Shown here piece by piece: positions 38,301 through 50,708 of a stretch of 64,000 nt of DNA (its first letter is position 1; the number at the start of each line of letters is the position of its first letter). The notes below the pieces were generated by a model, which was not told the DNA's origin, did no database searches, and saw only the letters and a list, made by a program, of their open reading frames with translations. The translations under genes were made by a program, and so were the position numbers. The DNA comes from Antedon mediterranea (taxonomy: Eukaryota > Animalia > Echinodermata), in contig NC_092676.1 in assembly GCF_964355755.1 (NCBI RefSeq), forward strand, positions 7,417,888 to 7,481,887. The letters run 5' to 3'.

Positions 38301-39547
38301 AATAACTATCCTCGCCGTCAGAATCTTCGTCTATCCCCATCCAGTCTTTAGTATCCTCATCCTCATCTTCACTTACCCCATTTTCTTCAGCCCCTCACCG
38401 AGTAAAAAAATCCTGAATGTATGTAGGCCTAGCTAGTCGCTGAACAGGGGCCGGGCCGCATCGTCAGCATTAGCAAGAAGGCCAGCATTTAAAGCGTCAG
38501 CTATGACTTTTTCCGATCGTTCATTATCAGAATTAGACATTTCTATTAATTATATCAAACTACTAATTCGAATGATGCAAAAGAATTATAGTATAGTTTA
38601 TTAAAAGATTGTAAATTATAACACGAAAGTAGGACAATAATGTAGCACACTGTAAACCTCGTGCGAACAGCTTACCAAGGAAGTAAACAATACGTCTACG
38701 CATGCGCACATGTGATTGACCAATCAGAGGACGCGATTAGTCCCTTTTGTTTGGCTGTATCTAAGGCCGAAGCCTTTATAAAAGTGATTGTGATTGGACT
38801 ATGATTGCAAATACAAATGTTTATTCATGATATTCTGAAAGATGACGTTTCAAGCTTTAAAACCATACCAGTTGTGACGGGTTTCCAATGTTGGAAAGGC
38901 GAGAACGGTCGATTGAAAAATAGGGTAGATTTTTGGCCGTTTACGACTGAAATCGTCAGAATTCCACACAAAACCTTACAACATTGTCTATAAAAACGTC
39001 AAAATTTATGTATTTTGGAACAAAATTAAGTTTTAATAATTAAGGAAAAGTAAACTATAATAGTTGAATATGTCGAATATGTAAAAAAAAAAAAAAATTA
39101 TTTTCAGTCAAAATTGACTATTCCAACTTTCAAAGCTAATTATAGCAATATAGCTTTTGCGACACAAGGCTCCTTTCGTGATGACGCGACCCATATGGCA
39201 AACATGTCCTATCATAAATTCAAAATGAGTAATGGTCCAAGGGATTTTATTTAGGTCACCGTCTAGGTTGCACTTCTAGTTAGGCTTATAGGTGGTTGCG
39301 CACACACTGCATGCATGCAGAAGAGATGCTGAGATGCTGCTGAACTAAACTAAGGATCGGTGAATGTTTTGGCTAGGCCTAGGAAATCAGGACAGAATTT
39401 AATAGGTATAGCAATAAAAAGCACAATACTTATGATTCCAGCTGTAGGCTGGTTACTTGAAGACATGGTTCTAGTTAATCTTAATCTTGGCAATAAAGAC
39501 AAGTGCTGATGTACAACACGCAAACGAAATATTACGGATCTAAACAT
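32230..39547 (-). CDS. FLAD1: FAD synthase (molybdopterin-binding/CinA-like domain + PAPS-reductase-like FADS domain), 12 exons, 529 aa
   Basis: join(39547-39430, 37709-37615, 37315-37192, 36772-36657, 36459-36319, 36161-36010, 35284-35196, 34363-34138, 33739-33638, 33151-33030, 32678-32537, 32392-32230) = 1590 nt, all GT-AG with consistent phase. Motifs [59 protein letters not shown]. Confidence 0.97.
32537..32678 (-). CDS. FLAD1: FLAD1 exon 11
   Basis: [19 protein letters not shown]...[10 protein letters not shown]. Confidence 0.95.
33030..33151 (-). CDS. FLAD1: FLAD1 exon 10
   Basis: [18 protein letters not shown]. Confidence 0.95.
33375..33530. mobile_element. Palindromic MITE (Harbinger-like) in FLAD1 intron 9
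   Basis: ACTATCAAACT...GTGTGATGTGCCC / GGGCACATCAC...AGTTTGAT inverted arms. Confidence 0.55.
33638..33739 (-). CDS. FLAD1: FLAD1 exon 9
   Basis: [12 protein letters not shown]. Confidence 0.92.
34138..34363 (-). CDS. FLAD1: FLAD1 exon 8
   Basis: [17 protein letters not shown]. Confidence 0.95.
35196..35284 (-). CDS. FLAD1: FLAD1 exon 7
   Basis: YYKVKISLE...LP. Confidence 0.9.
35420..35700 (+). mobile_element. Degenerate tRNA-derived SINE in FLAD1 intron 6
   Basis: Decayed A box TGGTGTAATG and a core TGCATCCTTAGGCAATATGCTTAATCTC. Confidence 0.4.
36010..36161 (-). CDS. FLAD1: FLAD1 exon 6
   Basis: [12 protein letters not shown]...LGCYPD. Confidence 0.92.
36319..36459 (-). CDS. FLAD1: FLAD1 exon 5
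   Basis: [10 protein letters not shown]...[16 protein letters not shown]. Confidence 0.93.
36657..36772 (-). CDS. FLAD1: FLAD1 exon 4
   Basis: VALAFKEEL...KMAF. Confidence 0.92.
37192..37315 (-). CDS. FLAD1: FLAD1 exon 3
   Basis: [16 protein letters not shown]. Confidence 0.95.
37368..37541. mobile_element. MITE, second copy of the 2175-2369 family
   Basis: High similarity to 2175-2369. Confidence 0.7.
37615..37709 (-). CDS. FLAD1: FLAD1 exon 2
   Basis: [19 protein letters not shown]. Confidence 0.95.
37803..39196. mobile_element. 1.4-kb non-autonomous DNA transposon in FLAD1 intron 1
   Basis: TIRs ATATGGGTCGTGTCACCACAAAAGGAGCCTTGTG / CACAAGGCTCCTTTCGTGATGACGCGACCCATAT. Confidence 0.75.
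39430..39547 (-). CDS. FLAD1: FLAD1 exon 1
   Basis: [12 protein letters not shown]...[12 protein letters not shown], donor GTATTG. Confidence 0.85.
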
Positions 39548-39607
39548 GAGTAGTCAAAACAGATTCGGTGGTTTCCCTTTTCTGAGATTGAAACGCTTGA
39601 GTGAGCA

Positions 39608-39618
39608 AAGGGGCGGTT
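39608..39618. promoter_or_regulatory. GC box in the FLAD1 proximal promoter
   Basis: AGGGGCGG ~60 bp upstream of the FLAD1 ATG in an otherwise AT-rich region. Confidence 0.35.
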
Positions 39619-41404
39619 ACCAACAATATTTAAGATATTTCACCAACTACCCTGTAAATAGCAATTATTTTAAAACATTGCTATCAACAATATTTTACTT
39701 TATTTTAATCAAATTTTAATGAATGAATAATATATATGTTATTCGTAATTTAAACATATAAAAAAAACACATACAGAATAACATGTAGTTATTTTTTTAG
39801 ATTCATGTTTGTCTACCATTCCGTGTAAATAGACATTGTTTTTGTTGAGTGCCGGGTCGCGTGATAGAGATCCTGCTGCAGACTGTCTGCCATGCGGTAT
39901 GTCTGCCAGGCGGTATGTCCGCCAGGAGAACACATTCTCGACGATACCATTTTTTTTAAAGGGAAAATATCTGTACTTTGTTTCTGTAATGTCTGCAAGG
40001 CGGTATGTCTGCCAGGGGGAACATATTCCTGACGATACCATTTTTTTAGAGGGAAAAATTATATGTACTTTGTTTCTGTAAGTAAATTGCGTTACTAAAG
40101 CGTCACTTTTCCTAGAGTTGCGTCGACATATCCAAATGACAGTTTGATAGACCATAATCCGAGGTGTTTTGTAATACTATTATTATTAACTAGCATAGCT
40201 AGGCCGGGCCTCCTGCGCAGCATATTATTATACTATTATTGTTATACTAATGTGTACTACATTGGCCATTATTTACCGAATTACTGTATATCTGATTCTT
40301 CATAATTTCAAAATCATATTAATTTTTCATATCATTTTTATTGTTTCACAGTACATACAGTTTTATAAAACAGATGACAAGAAAAAGCCTTGTTAAAAAT
40401 GATGTGTGGAATCTAAAAAAAAGGATTTTTGGTCTGAGTTTCCAAAAGACATTAAACATTACAATGTAAAAACATAAACAGACTTCCTAAACCTGAGATA
40501 TACCGTAATTTATAAATTCCATAGGAGCAAGCGTATTAACTATCATGAATATTGATAGATTGACTTATTATTTGTATTTTTTTTAAAGAAAGTAAGGTTC
40601 GGGTAATAATTTAGGCCTAATGTTTAATCAATGTAACCTTCATTATGATTATTGTTTTAAATACACCCTAATTTAAGTATAGCATATCTTTCACAATACT
40701 ACAGAATACTGTAGCAGAAATATTACAGACAAACTGTAAATTCAAACATGCTGCACCCTTCAACACAGTGCATTTAATTAAGACATTTGTAATAGTAAAA
40801 CGAAAGGCTTGTAGACGAATGGACAAATGACATCTGCATGCAAAAATAAGGTTAAGTTAGTATAAATGGATAAATTGGGTTATGAAAATATTCATACTTG
40901 TGTCTACTGTTTTTCGACTAATTTTTGGTGAAAGTTAATAACTATTATGATACTTCAAAATGACCAACTTTTTTTCGAAATATTAATTTTTAAAAATATT
41001 TTTTTTTTGTTGAATTAGTCAAAGGGACAATACATCTTAACGGTGAAATAAGATTAAAAAACAAACGTAATAATGGCGTTAACACAATGTAATTTCAACC
41101 TTTATTCAATGTTGAAAAAATGTTGTCATTTTAACCAAAAATGCCAACTGGATTTTAACGTTGAATTAACGTTAACATTATTCAAATCATGTTGCCATTT
41201 TAACCAAAAGCCAGCTCGATTATAACGTTAAATTATCGTTGAAATGAGATTGCTAAAGAAACGTAATACTGTAAAAGGGTTAAAACATGAAAGCATAATT
41301 TATAACTACCTACTTTCAATCTTTTTTCAACATTGAAAACGTATCATTTAAACCAAAATCGACTGGATTTCAACGTTAAATTAACATTGATAAATAAACG
41401 TAAA

Positions 41405-43970
41405 CGGTTGGGCGATTACATCAACGGCTTATCTGATGTTTATATAGAACGTACCTGTTGCTATATTGTAATTGATTCATATAATGTACTAAATACAAAT
41501 TTATGTAAAGATGCCCTTAAACTCTCTCTGGCGGACAATTCGGTTACACAAGGTGTAGGCTTATCCCTTCACACCATACCCCTTCCCCTCCGTTCAACAT
41601 ATTGACCAAACATGAACTCTCTCTCCCTCCCCATCCATGCTCAAATACACGATCACACCCAGACAAATTATTTAGTTAAAAAAGAACGTAGATCTAAAAA
41701 CTCACTCTGGTAGACAAACTGCACATTAGGCCTATAGCTATATTAAAAGAAACTGTATTTCTTTGCTATTTTTAAACGGACATTAAAAAAGCGTACGATG
41801 TATAGTCAAGACTCGTAATTTATCTCAGTCTGGAAGTATCACATTTAAAAAATTAAATGTAAATTTTTTTTGGTGACAGAATATCGTAATTCAATAAACT
41901 CTCTCTCTAGTGGACAGTTTGGCTATCTTTACCGTTGTAACAAATATTGGAACGTTTTTGGGCGATGAAATCAACGGCTTATCTGATGTTTATATAGAAG
42001 GTACCTGTTGCTATAATTTGTAATTGATCCATATAAATGTACTAAATGCAAATTAATGTAAAGATGCCCTTAAACTCTCTCTGGTAGACACTTCAGTTAC
42101 ACACGGTGTAGGCCTATCCCTTCACACCATACACCCCCTCCCACCCCCTCCGTTCAACATATCGACCAAACATGAACCCCCCCCCCCCCCCACCCACCTC
42201 CCTATCCAAGCTCAAATACACGATCACACCCAGACAAATTATTTAGTTTAAAAAGAACGTAGGTCCAAAAACTCCCTCTGGTGGAAAAACTGCATATTAG
42301 GCCAATATCTATATTAAAACAAACTGCATTTCTCTGCTATTTTTAAACGGACATTCAAATACGGTACGATGTGTATGTGTATAGTCAAGTCTTGTCTCAG
42401 TCTAGAAGTATCACATTTTTAATTAAATGTATATCATATTTTTTTCGATGACAGAATATCGCCAAATGTAGGCCTATCCCTTCACACTATACCTCCCCCA
42501 ACTCCAAATATTGGCACGTTTTTGGGAGATGAAATCAACGGCTTATTTGATGTTTATATATAACGTACCTGTTGCTATAATTTTTAATTGATTCATATAA
42601 AATTTATGTAGGGATAGGCCTACACCGTGTGTAACCGAATTGTCCGCCAGAGAGGGTTTAAGGGCATCTTTACATAAATTTGTATTTAGTACATTTAATG
42701 TAATTAAACACCATACCCCCCCCCCCCCCCACCCTCCGATCAACATATCGACCAAACATGAACTCCCTCCCCCTTTGCTCAAATACACGATCACACCCAG
42801 ACAAATTATTTAGTTAAAAAAGAACTTAGGTCCAAAAACTCCCTCTGGTGGACAAACTGCATATTAGGCTTTATCTATATTAAAACAAACTGCATTTCTC
42901 TGCTATTTTTAAACGGACATTCAAAAACGGTACGATGTATAGTCAAGACATAATTTGTCACCGTCTGGAAATATTACATTAAAAAAATGAAATGTATATC
43001 ATATATTTTTCGATGACAGACAGAATATTGTAATTCAATAAACTCTCTCTCTAGTGGACAGTTGGGCTATCTTTTACGTTATAACAATGAATTCAACGGC
43101 TTATCTGATGTTTATATAGAACGTACCTGTTGCTATAATTTGTAATTGATCCATATAAATGTACTAAATACAAATTCATGTAAAGATGCCCTTTAAATCT
43201 CTCTGGCGGACAATTCAGTTACACACGGTGTAGGTAGGCTTATCCCTTCACATCATACCCCCGCCTCCCGCACCCTCCGTTCAACATATCGACCAAACAT
43301 GAACTAACGCCCCCTCCCCATCCAAGCTCAAATACACGATCACAACCAGACAAATTATTTAGTTAAAAAAGAACTTAGGTCCGTCAAAAAACTCTCTCTG
43401 GTGGACAAACTGCATATTAGGCCTATATCTTCAGGTCTATTAAAACAAACTACATTTCTCTGCTATTTTTAAACGGACATTAAAAAACGGTACGATGTAT
43501 AGTCAAGACTCTTAATTTGTCACCGTCTGGAAGTAGGCCTATCATTAAAAAAATTAAATGTATATCATATTTTTTTCGCTGACAGAATATTGTAAATTAA
43601 TAAACTCTCTCTTTAGTGGATAGTTGGGATATCTCTTACGTTATAACAAATATTGGCACGTTTTTTGGGCGATGAAATCAACGGCTTATCTGATGATTAT
43701 AATTTGTAATTGATCCATATAAAATGTACATATAAATTAATGTAAAGATGCACTTAAAAGCTCTCTCTGGCGGACACTGTTACAGTTACACACGGTGTAG
43801 GCATATCCATTCACACATACCCTCTCCTACCCCCTCCGTTCAACATATTATCGACCAAACATGAATTCCCCCACCCCCTCCCCATCCAAGCTCAAATACA
43901 CGATCACACCTAGTCAAATTATTTAGTTAAATAAGTCAAAAACTTCCACTGTGGACAAACTGCATATTAG
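41405..43970. repeat. ~570-bp tandem macrosatellite, ~4.5 diverged copies, one with an internal inversion
   Basis: Recurrent TCAACGGCTTATCTGATG...AAAGATGCCCTTAAACTCTC...CACGATCACACCCAGACAAATT blocks. Confidence 0.9.
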
Positions 43971-44230
43971 ATAGTTATTAACTGTTATAATATAGAGAGT
44001 GCAATCTGTCACAGGGGTACCTATATTCTAGACGGTCCGTAATATGCACCCCCTATAATAGATAGTTATTAACTATTATTATAGGGGTACAATCTTTCAC
44101 GGGGGTACCTAATATTCTAGAAAGTCGACCGTAATAATTGCACCCCCTAAAATAGATAGTTATTAAACTGTTATAGGGTGTTCAATCTGTCACGGGGGTA
44201 CCTTTTCTATACAGTCGACCGTGATATATT
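43970..44230. repeat. ~90-bp tandem repeat, ~3 copies
   Basis: AGATAGTTATTAACTG...CAATCTGTCACGGGGGTACC...GACCGTAAT. Confidence 0.75.
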
Positions 44231-45323
44231 GTATCCCTTGGTGTATATAGATACTGGAAGGATACAATATTTTTATACTCCCAGCATTGGATTTTGTATC
44301 CATTTGCAAAAACACGACAATTGATTTCATGGGGTTCACCTATTCTAGCCCGAAAAATTATTATTATATTACAAGGGTGTTGGTGTTACGGATGGGTATA
44401 ATAGCTGTGTATCCCCAATTATTATTTCTTTATACACGTGTATAGGCCTATGTGATGCCTTTAATGTTTTTGGGCCTCTTCAATTGGCGTACGTCCGTTT
44501 TCCTTTGTAAACATAATAATAAACAATTAAACATAATGTCACATGGGCCTAAAAAAAATGTTGATTTAAACAAATAATTATAATTATATTATAGATAAAA
44601 TTCGAAGAGCGCTATAGGGTGCAAGATAATAATAATAACAATATTTAATAATAATAATGAATAATCATAGGCTTATAATGAGTTATATATGAGTATGAGT
44701 TTATGAGTAGGCCTACTTAGACAAAACTGTCGGGATACCTAAAATTTTAACTAAGCTAAAATATTCTGTATCTCCCAAAACATGCGTAAAATTCGTAGGA
44801 GCATGCAACGTATTATTGCTGTAATTCAATAGGGGGTTTACTTTGTTACGGGATACTAAAATTGTAGAACAGTGTAACTGTACCACTACTAGAGAGATTT
44901 TAAAATCTTTGGTCGGTATTACTTACTCTTTCATGGCTCTGATATAAATGTAAAAATAGCGCCCTCTGTTGCCAATATTTTCTAATTCGTCAATGTTTTA
45001 AAAAATCACAATAGACAATTGTAAAAGGTCATTTATTAATTAAAAAGAACGAAAAACTACACACAGTATATCAAATACCAGTAACAATACGAGTAATTGA
45101 CGGTCTACCACACTGTAGATACAATAATTACCCACTGTAAAATGGAATCACCGGGCTATTGTACTAGTTACAGCAATTGCCCACTGTAAAATGGAATCGT
45201 CGGGCAATTTCACAAGGTACCGGTTGGCGGACACAAACTCCCTCTAGCAGACATACCGCATGGCGGACAGTCTGCAGCAACATGCAATTGGGTCGCGTCG
45301 AGTCGGAGCAAGATAAGTTAACG

Positions 45324-45375
45324 ATGGCTGGTTCAAAAGGAAGCTGTTTAATTATTGTTAGTTCACATTCAGATG
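45324..45375 (+). CDS. GATD1: GATD1 exon 1
   Basis: MAGSKGSCLIIVSSHSD, donor GTAAGT. Confidence 0.88.
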
Positions 45376-48300
45376 GTAAGTATTTTCCAACTGCATGTAC
45401 GTCGTAACTGTCATTAACAAATGTGTTGCATTTGGAGCAATACATATGTTTAATATACGTAGTAGTAAATTAAAATATATGAAATCTAGTCTAGGCCGAT
45501 GGCCGACACAATTTTGTCGAGAATCAATCACGTGAACATGGGCACATTCTCCTGAACTAAATTGATAAAAACAATACCTACAAGGCCTAGACTAAAATTC
45601 ATGTTTATGTTAATACCTTAATTAATGCACAGAGTTAGTAACATAGTGGTACTATGAATAATTAATAGTACCTATTTTTTTTTTATATAGGCCTAGTAGG
45701 GCCTATTTGTTAATAATTTATAAATATTAATGTTATGCGCGATTTGAACGATTTGCGCAATTTGAAATTGCGCTGCACAATTTGTAAATTGCGCAAGATA
45801 GTTCTTGCGCAATATGACACCTTTGCGCAATTTGAAAACGAACTGTAAATTTTCAAATTGCGCAACAAAATTCTACCAGACAATCGGTATTATAATAATT
45901 TATTGGAAACTAAATAACTCAAAATAAAACATAATAAATGCGAAGATAACATGTGTATAATAAATACATAACATTTATTATTACAATTAAATAATATTAT
46001 CACTGTAACTTGAAATAAATCAAAATAAATGTAAAAATTAAGTTTTTAATATTAGTTTAAGCTAGGCCATGTAACCTAGTCAGTATCAGTAGTCCAGACC
46101 CCTAGCTAGGCTAGAGTAGTATAGCCGGCCGCCCGCGCCGCGCCCGCCTGGTGGAACACCACCGCTTCGTTTTCCTTCGTCGGTTCTTCGACGGTATGCT
46201 AACTTATAACAATATTTGCACTACTAAAATAAGGAAATGCGATATTTATCTTTAATTTTGAATCATTCTTAGAAATTACTATAAAAATATGGGTGTGCAT
46301 GATTTCACAATCTGTCGAAAAACCTTGCGCAATTTGCAGATTACTTGCGCAATTTAATACGTTGCTTGCGCAATTTGAAACACATGTTTCAATTCAAATT
46401 GCGCAAGGATTTTTTTTGCGCAATTTCAAATTGCGCAAATCGTTCAAATCGCGCATAACAATAATAATAAACTAAATAAAGAGGAAAAGTTTTTCAATGA
46501 ATTAATCATAATCATATTTGATTGTTTTTACAGGTGTTCTTTCTCAGTCTTTCATACATTCCTTTACACTAACACACTCGGCCTTCAATGTCCAGTTAGC
46601 GGCACCAGTGGTAATAAGAGAGGGAGAGAGACCTTTGTGCCGCTCATGTTGTGTGTGTAAGATGTATTGTTCCCCAAAAACATGAAAAACAAAGATTAAT
46701 AAAATCAGACTTTAAATAGGCCATTTTGCAGTTTGATAAAGTTATTCACTTCTGTAAAATAAAATAATATAATTACATTTTTCAGCTAAATACAGTTTTT
46801 TTTATATTGTATATAAATACATTGTATAATTCAGGTTGTAAAATGAAAACAAACAAATGAAAATGAAAAACTCACATATTCTTTATGTAAAATATTTTAA
46901 AACTAGATAGATGATAAGGATGGTTATTGTCAAGTGTATAGAAAAATATAAGAAAAAAGAATGAAAAAAGGAGGTACTGTAATACGGAAATTAATAATGT
47001 AAAAATGTTACTAATGAATTGTAACGACATTTAGAATTTAAAAAAATTTGTTTAAATGATATGATTTTATGTAATGACATGAGATAATATGAATGTGAAT
47101 AAAAGTGGTGTTTGCGCCACAAAACAGAAAAAAAATTACAATTTTTTGGTTAACTATTTATGTAATACTAAAATGGCATATTCAACAACAAAAATTGAAC
47201 AACGTTTTTCAGGGAGACAATACATCTTTAAGTGAGACCTACAAAGTATATGTTGTTGTATCATAGATTGTACTTTTATGGAAATATATGTAATGGTTAA
47301 ATGTTGCAACTCAAATGGTACAAAGCTGTAGGTTTAAATATTACAAATTTTCATTTGTTTATAGGCAAAAGCTATTGATTTTGTTAAACAAGATGATAAC
47401 AGTAGAAAATGGTTAAATGAATTCCGCACAAAACCATTTGCAACACCAGTCCGACTAGAGACGATTGAAGGTAGAGTATTTAAACTTTACATTTTTTTCA
47501 GAATCAGATATATTTCAGATTATGTGAAAATATAATTATTGTCTTCATTCTTCATTCATCCATACATTTATCTGTAACAACAAGAAATAAAACTAAGTCT
47601 ATAAAGAATGATTGTATATAAATGTTCAGTCAGCTTTTTGATTTTTGTCTGAACAAGCTCAAGTAGTATACATATATAAAATGCCATATGTGCTAAAATA
47701 TTTATCTTTTTACTAATATTAAGTCTCAGAATTATAATAGAATTTATACTTGTTTTTTACAGCTAGTCGATATTCAGCTCTACTTTTTCCTGATTCTCCT
47801 GGTGCCTTGCATGACTTGTCTTCCAATTCAGAACTTGCCAATATTATTCAACATTTTATTCATGAGCAAAGTAAGTTTCCTCGTTGTCTTTTAGAAGAAT
47901 CATATTTTTGACCCCTTTGTAAAAAAACTGTATAGATTTCCTTTCTCTTTTTTTAGAGCCAATATGTGCAATTGGATCAGGGGTTGGTGCCCTGTGTTCG
48001 GTCAAAGATCAACATAAATGGGGTTTTTCAAACTATTCAATGACAGGGGTGAGTGTATTGGAGCAAGTTGGGTGTGGATTCTCATCATACTATATAACAC
48101 CTAAATAGATTCCTGTCATTTGATTGGACGATTGTGGGTCACATGGCTTTTGTGTGATAGTATTTTTTTTTCATTGTCAGTATTTTTTATTTATTCATCG
48201 TAATACATGGTTAAAAGTTCTATTCAGTGGTGCAATTAAAATGTTATATTACATGTTCAGCTTTTTGTAAACAGTTGTATTCGATTGGGAATTTACCGTT

Positions 48301-50100
48301 TAGTGTAGTTTTTCATATTTAACAGAGTATTTTGAGTGTTGAGATTGTTTCCAACGAAAAGCTTGCGCTGTTTAAAGGCCAGGTGCGGGCATAAAATTTC
48401 TATTGATCATACATTCCAATAATTATCGATGTATAGTTTCCCCTATGTTTCATAATTTTTAGGATTTTATTTGTCTTACACGAGCTTGTTGAAAATAAGC
48501 ACTTTTTTATCAGTGGAGGGAATAGTTCAAATTACAAAGTTAAATCTCTATTCTTTTGTACACAAATTTTGTAAATAGAGAGGCATTTTAAAAAGCTATG
48601 AAAATAAACGGTGTGGTAAAAAATGTTATCAGATGACTAAATATAGGTAATGAATTTTACATTTCTGGTATTTTTATTCAACTTCAGATTTTTATTTTCA
48701 TGCTTTAGCAAAAATTATCCACCGTATATCCACCATCTTTTTTCACTGTCTAGGGAGTCACCAGACATGTTATTACATTAGGTTAAACTACCTAACTACT
48801 GAAAAAAAGTCTTTCTGGTTTTTATGGCAGAATTTTGCCAAACTTTGTATTTGACTATATTAAGGGAAATTCATGTTTTTTCGTCTTGATTTCTGTTACA
48901 AATATTTGATTTATGTATAATTAACCAGATATTATATTTAAAATTCATGCCTCTACCTGAGCTTTAACGTTTTCTATTCGGATGATTTTCAGTTGAGCAC
49001 AATCCAAAAAACAAATATTTATGAAAGTTCTCAATCGAATGCAACAAATCATTGTTGTACCAAAATCTGATCGCTGCATTTCTAATGGTCGATCTTCTCA
49101 CTTAGCCTGGGATATTGATCCAAGAAATAAAAATTCAACCAAACATTCATAATTTGCATACTGTTATTCCAGCTATAACCCATTTCTTATTATTAACCAA
49201 TATTTGTTTTCAGCCCTCTGTGTATGAACTTGCCCAGACTTCTGGCTTTGGTGACATTCCAATAATTTTAGAAGATTTCATAAAAGATAATGATGCTACG
49301 TTTAGTGGTAAGTATAGTTTCATCCGGTCAGTTGGACTACTGTTTTTGTTCAAATCTTAACAAAATGTTGTTTACAAAATAAAAGCATTATGTCATTATA
49401 AGGTACTCCTGTTTAACAGTTTGGTTCTTGTTATTATATTTTTTTAGCTACGTTGCCCAACTCTGTACATATTGTTGTTGATCGACATCTTATAACTGGA
49501 CAAAATGAAGCCTCAACTTTAACCGCTGTACAGAACTTAATCCTCTTAGTGAATGCCAGGTATATTATTATTAACTACACCTAGGTGGTTATATTTTTGT
49601 CAGAGATATTTGTTTGTCTGTTAGCAGGATAACATCACAACTAAACGACAGATTTTTACCAAATAGAAGCCACAGTTAGATATGTGGTCACGGACGACTC
49701 CATTAAATTTTAAAGGCAATCCAGACCAGGATTTTAATTCTGGACCACTTTTTATTATGTTTATGTAATTTTACGTCGTATGTCAAACCTACAAGACAGA
49801 TCTTTACCACATTTCAACCACAGATACAGTAGATATATGGTCACGGACAACTCCATTAAATTTTGGAGAAAAATCCGGACCAGGATTTTAATTCTGGACA
49901 ACTTTTTATTACATTACTAATTAGCTGTACTTAAAGACGAATCATTATCACAATTACTGATCTTTTTTTATTCCTGACGGACTCTTGTTTTTCGGTAGAA
50001 CTGCTACAAAGGAAGTGTTCCCTTTTGAAAAGTGTCGCAAACCATACTGATGTGATTTTCTGTGTTTATATTTTACAGGCAAGGAAAAAACCTAAACTAA
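45324..50100 (+). CDS. GATD1: Glutamine amidotransferase-like class 1 domain-containing protein 1 (DJ-1/PfpI family; PDDC1/FERRY5), 8 exons, 220 aa
   Basis: join(45324-45375, 46534-46610, 47365-47470, 47763-47870, 47957-48048, 49214-49307, 49448-49559, 50079-50100) = 663 nt. Motifs GVLSQSFIHSFT, YSALLFPDSPGALHDL, KPICAIGSGVGALC, YSMTGPSVYEL, VHIVVDRHLITGQNEAST. Confidence 0.95.
45731..46460. mobile_element. MITE with TTGCGCAA-rich TIRs in GATD1 intron 1
   Basis: TGTTATGCGCGATTTGAACGATTTGCGCAATTTGAAATTGCGC and its reverse complement at 46418-46460. Confidence 0.8.
46534..46610 (+). CDS. GATD1: GATD1 exon 2
   Basis: VLSQSFIHSFTLTHSAFNVQLAAP. Confidence 0.93.
46659..47232. mobile_element. Kolobok-like MITE (AGATGTATTGTCCC family)
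   Basis: AAGATGTATTGTTCCCC / GGAGACAATACATCTTTAA; related ends at ~3890, ~27060, ~31990 and ~41030. Confidence 0.6.
47365..47470 (+). CDS. GATD1: GATD1 exon 3
   Basis: AKAIDFV...WLNEFRTKPFATP. Confidence 0.93.
47763..47870 (+). CDS. GATD1: GATD1 exon 4
   Basis: RYSALLFPDSPGALHDL. Confidence 0.93.
47957..48048 (+). CDS. GATD1: GATD1 exon 5
   Basis: PICAIGSGVGALC...YSMTG. Confidence 0.93.
49214..49307 (+). CDS. GATD1: GATD1 exon 6
   Basis: PSVYEL...PIILEDFIKD. Confidence 0.93.
49448..49559 (+). CDS. GATD1: GATD1 exon 7
   Basis: VHIVVDRHLITGQNEASTLTAVQNL. Confidence 0.93.
50079..50100 (+). CDS. GATD1: GATD1 exon 8 (last, short)
   Basis: Acceptor ttttacag, phase-consistent QGKNLN*. Confidence 0.65.
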
Positions 50101-50641
50101 ATGGAAGAAACTGGATTCCCGGACCAAAACCAAGAAAATGCAAAGAATAATTTGTTGTTCATGTTTAAAATAACACAGAATCCTTTTTATTATTATTTGA
50201 TACGCCAGTAAAATGAACAGTATCTGTTGTCAGTATTTTGATAAGATATGCTTTTTAACAGTTATAGGCCTAAAAGAAAATGTTTTCATTTTAGTGTATA
50301 TCAAGTCTTCTTTCATCGGGATCAAGCCTTCTTTCAATGTTACCTTGTCATATTATTATCTCCTTTTATTTTGTTACTATGTCATTGAAGGTAAATAATT
50401 GTTTAAATGCAAAATAAAAAAATATAATAACACAGAAATACCGACAAAAAATGTAAACAATCAAGTAAAGATATTTTATATTATCAAAAAATGTTTATAA
50501 GAATATATAAAGTTGGTTGGTTGTTGTAAAAATCAACGAATAATTTTAAGTGAAATATTATATTATAATTTGGTATAGCCCAAATCATTTATTTCCTACC
50601 TATTTAGGAAATAATAATAATAAGTTCTGATTGGCTATTTT

Positions 50642-50680
<39 letters not shown>

Positions 50681-50708
50681 CAATGATGTTGCGTAGCACT
50701 GTGTAAAT

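Larger units (their letters stand above)
39863..45289. mobile_element. 5.4-kb Mutator/MULE-like non-autonomous element between FLAD1 and GATD1
   Basis: 9-bp TSD GGGTCGCGT (39854-39862, 45290-45298) and a ~35-bp subterminal inverted repeat TGCTGCAGACTGTC(T/C)GCCATGCGGTATGTCTGC. Confidence 0.8.

Noticed and set aside
45164-45445. 93-aa Cys-rich minus ORF
   Set aside because: Antisense shadow across GATD1 exon 1 and the transposon end.
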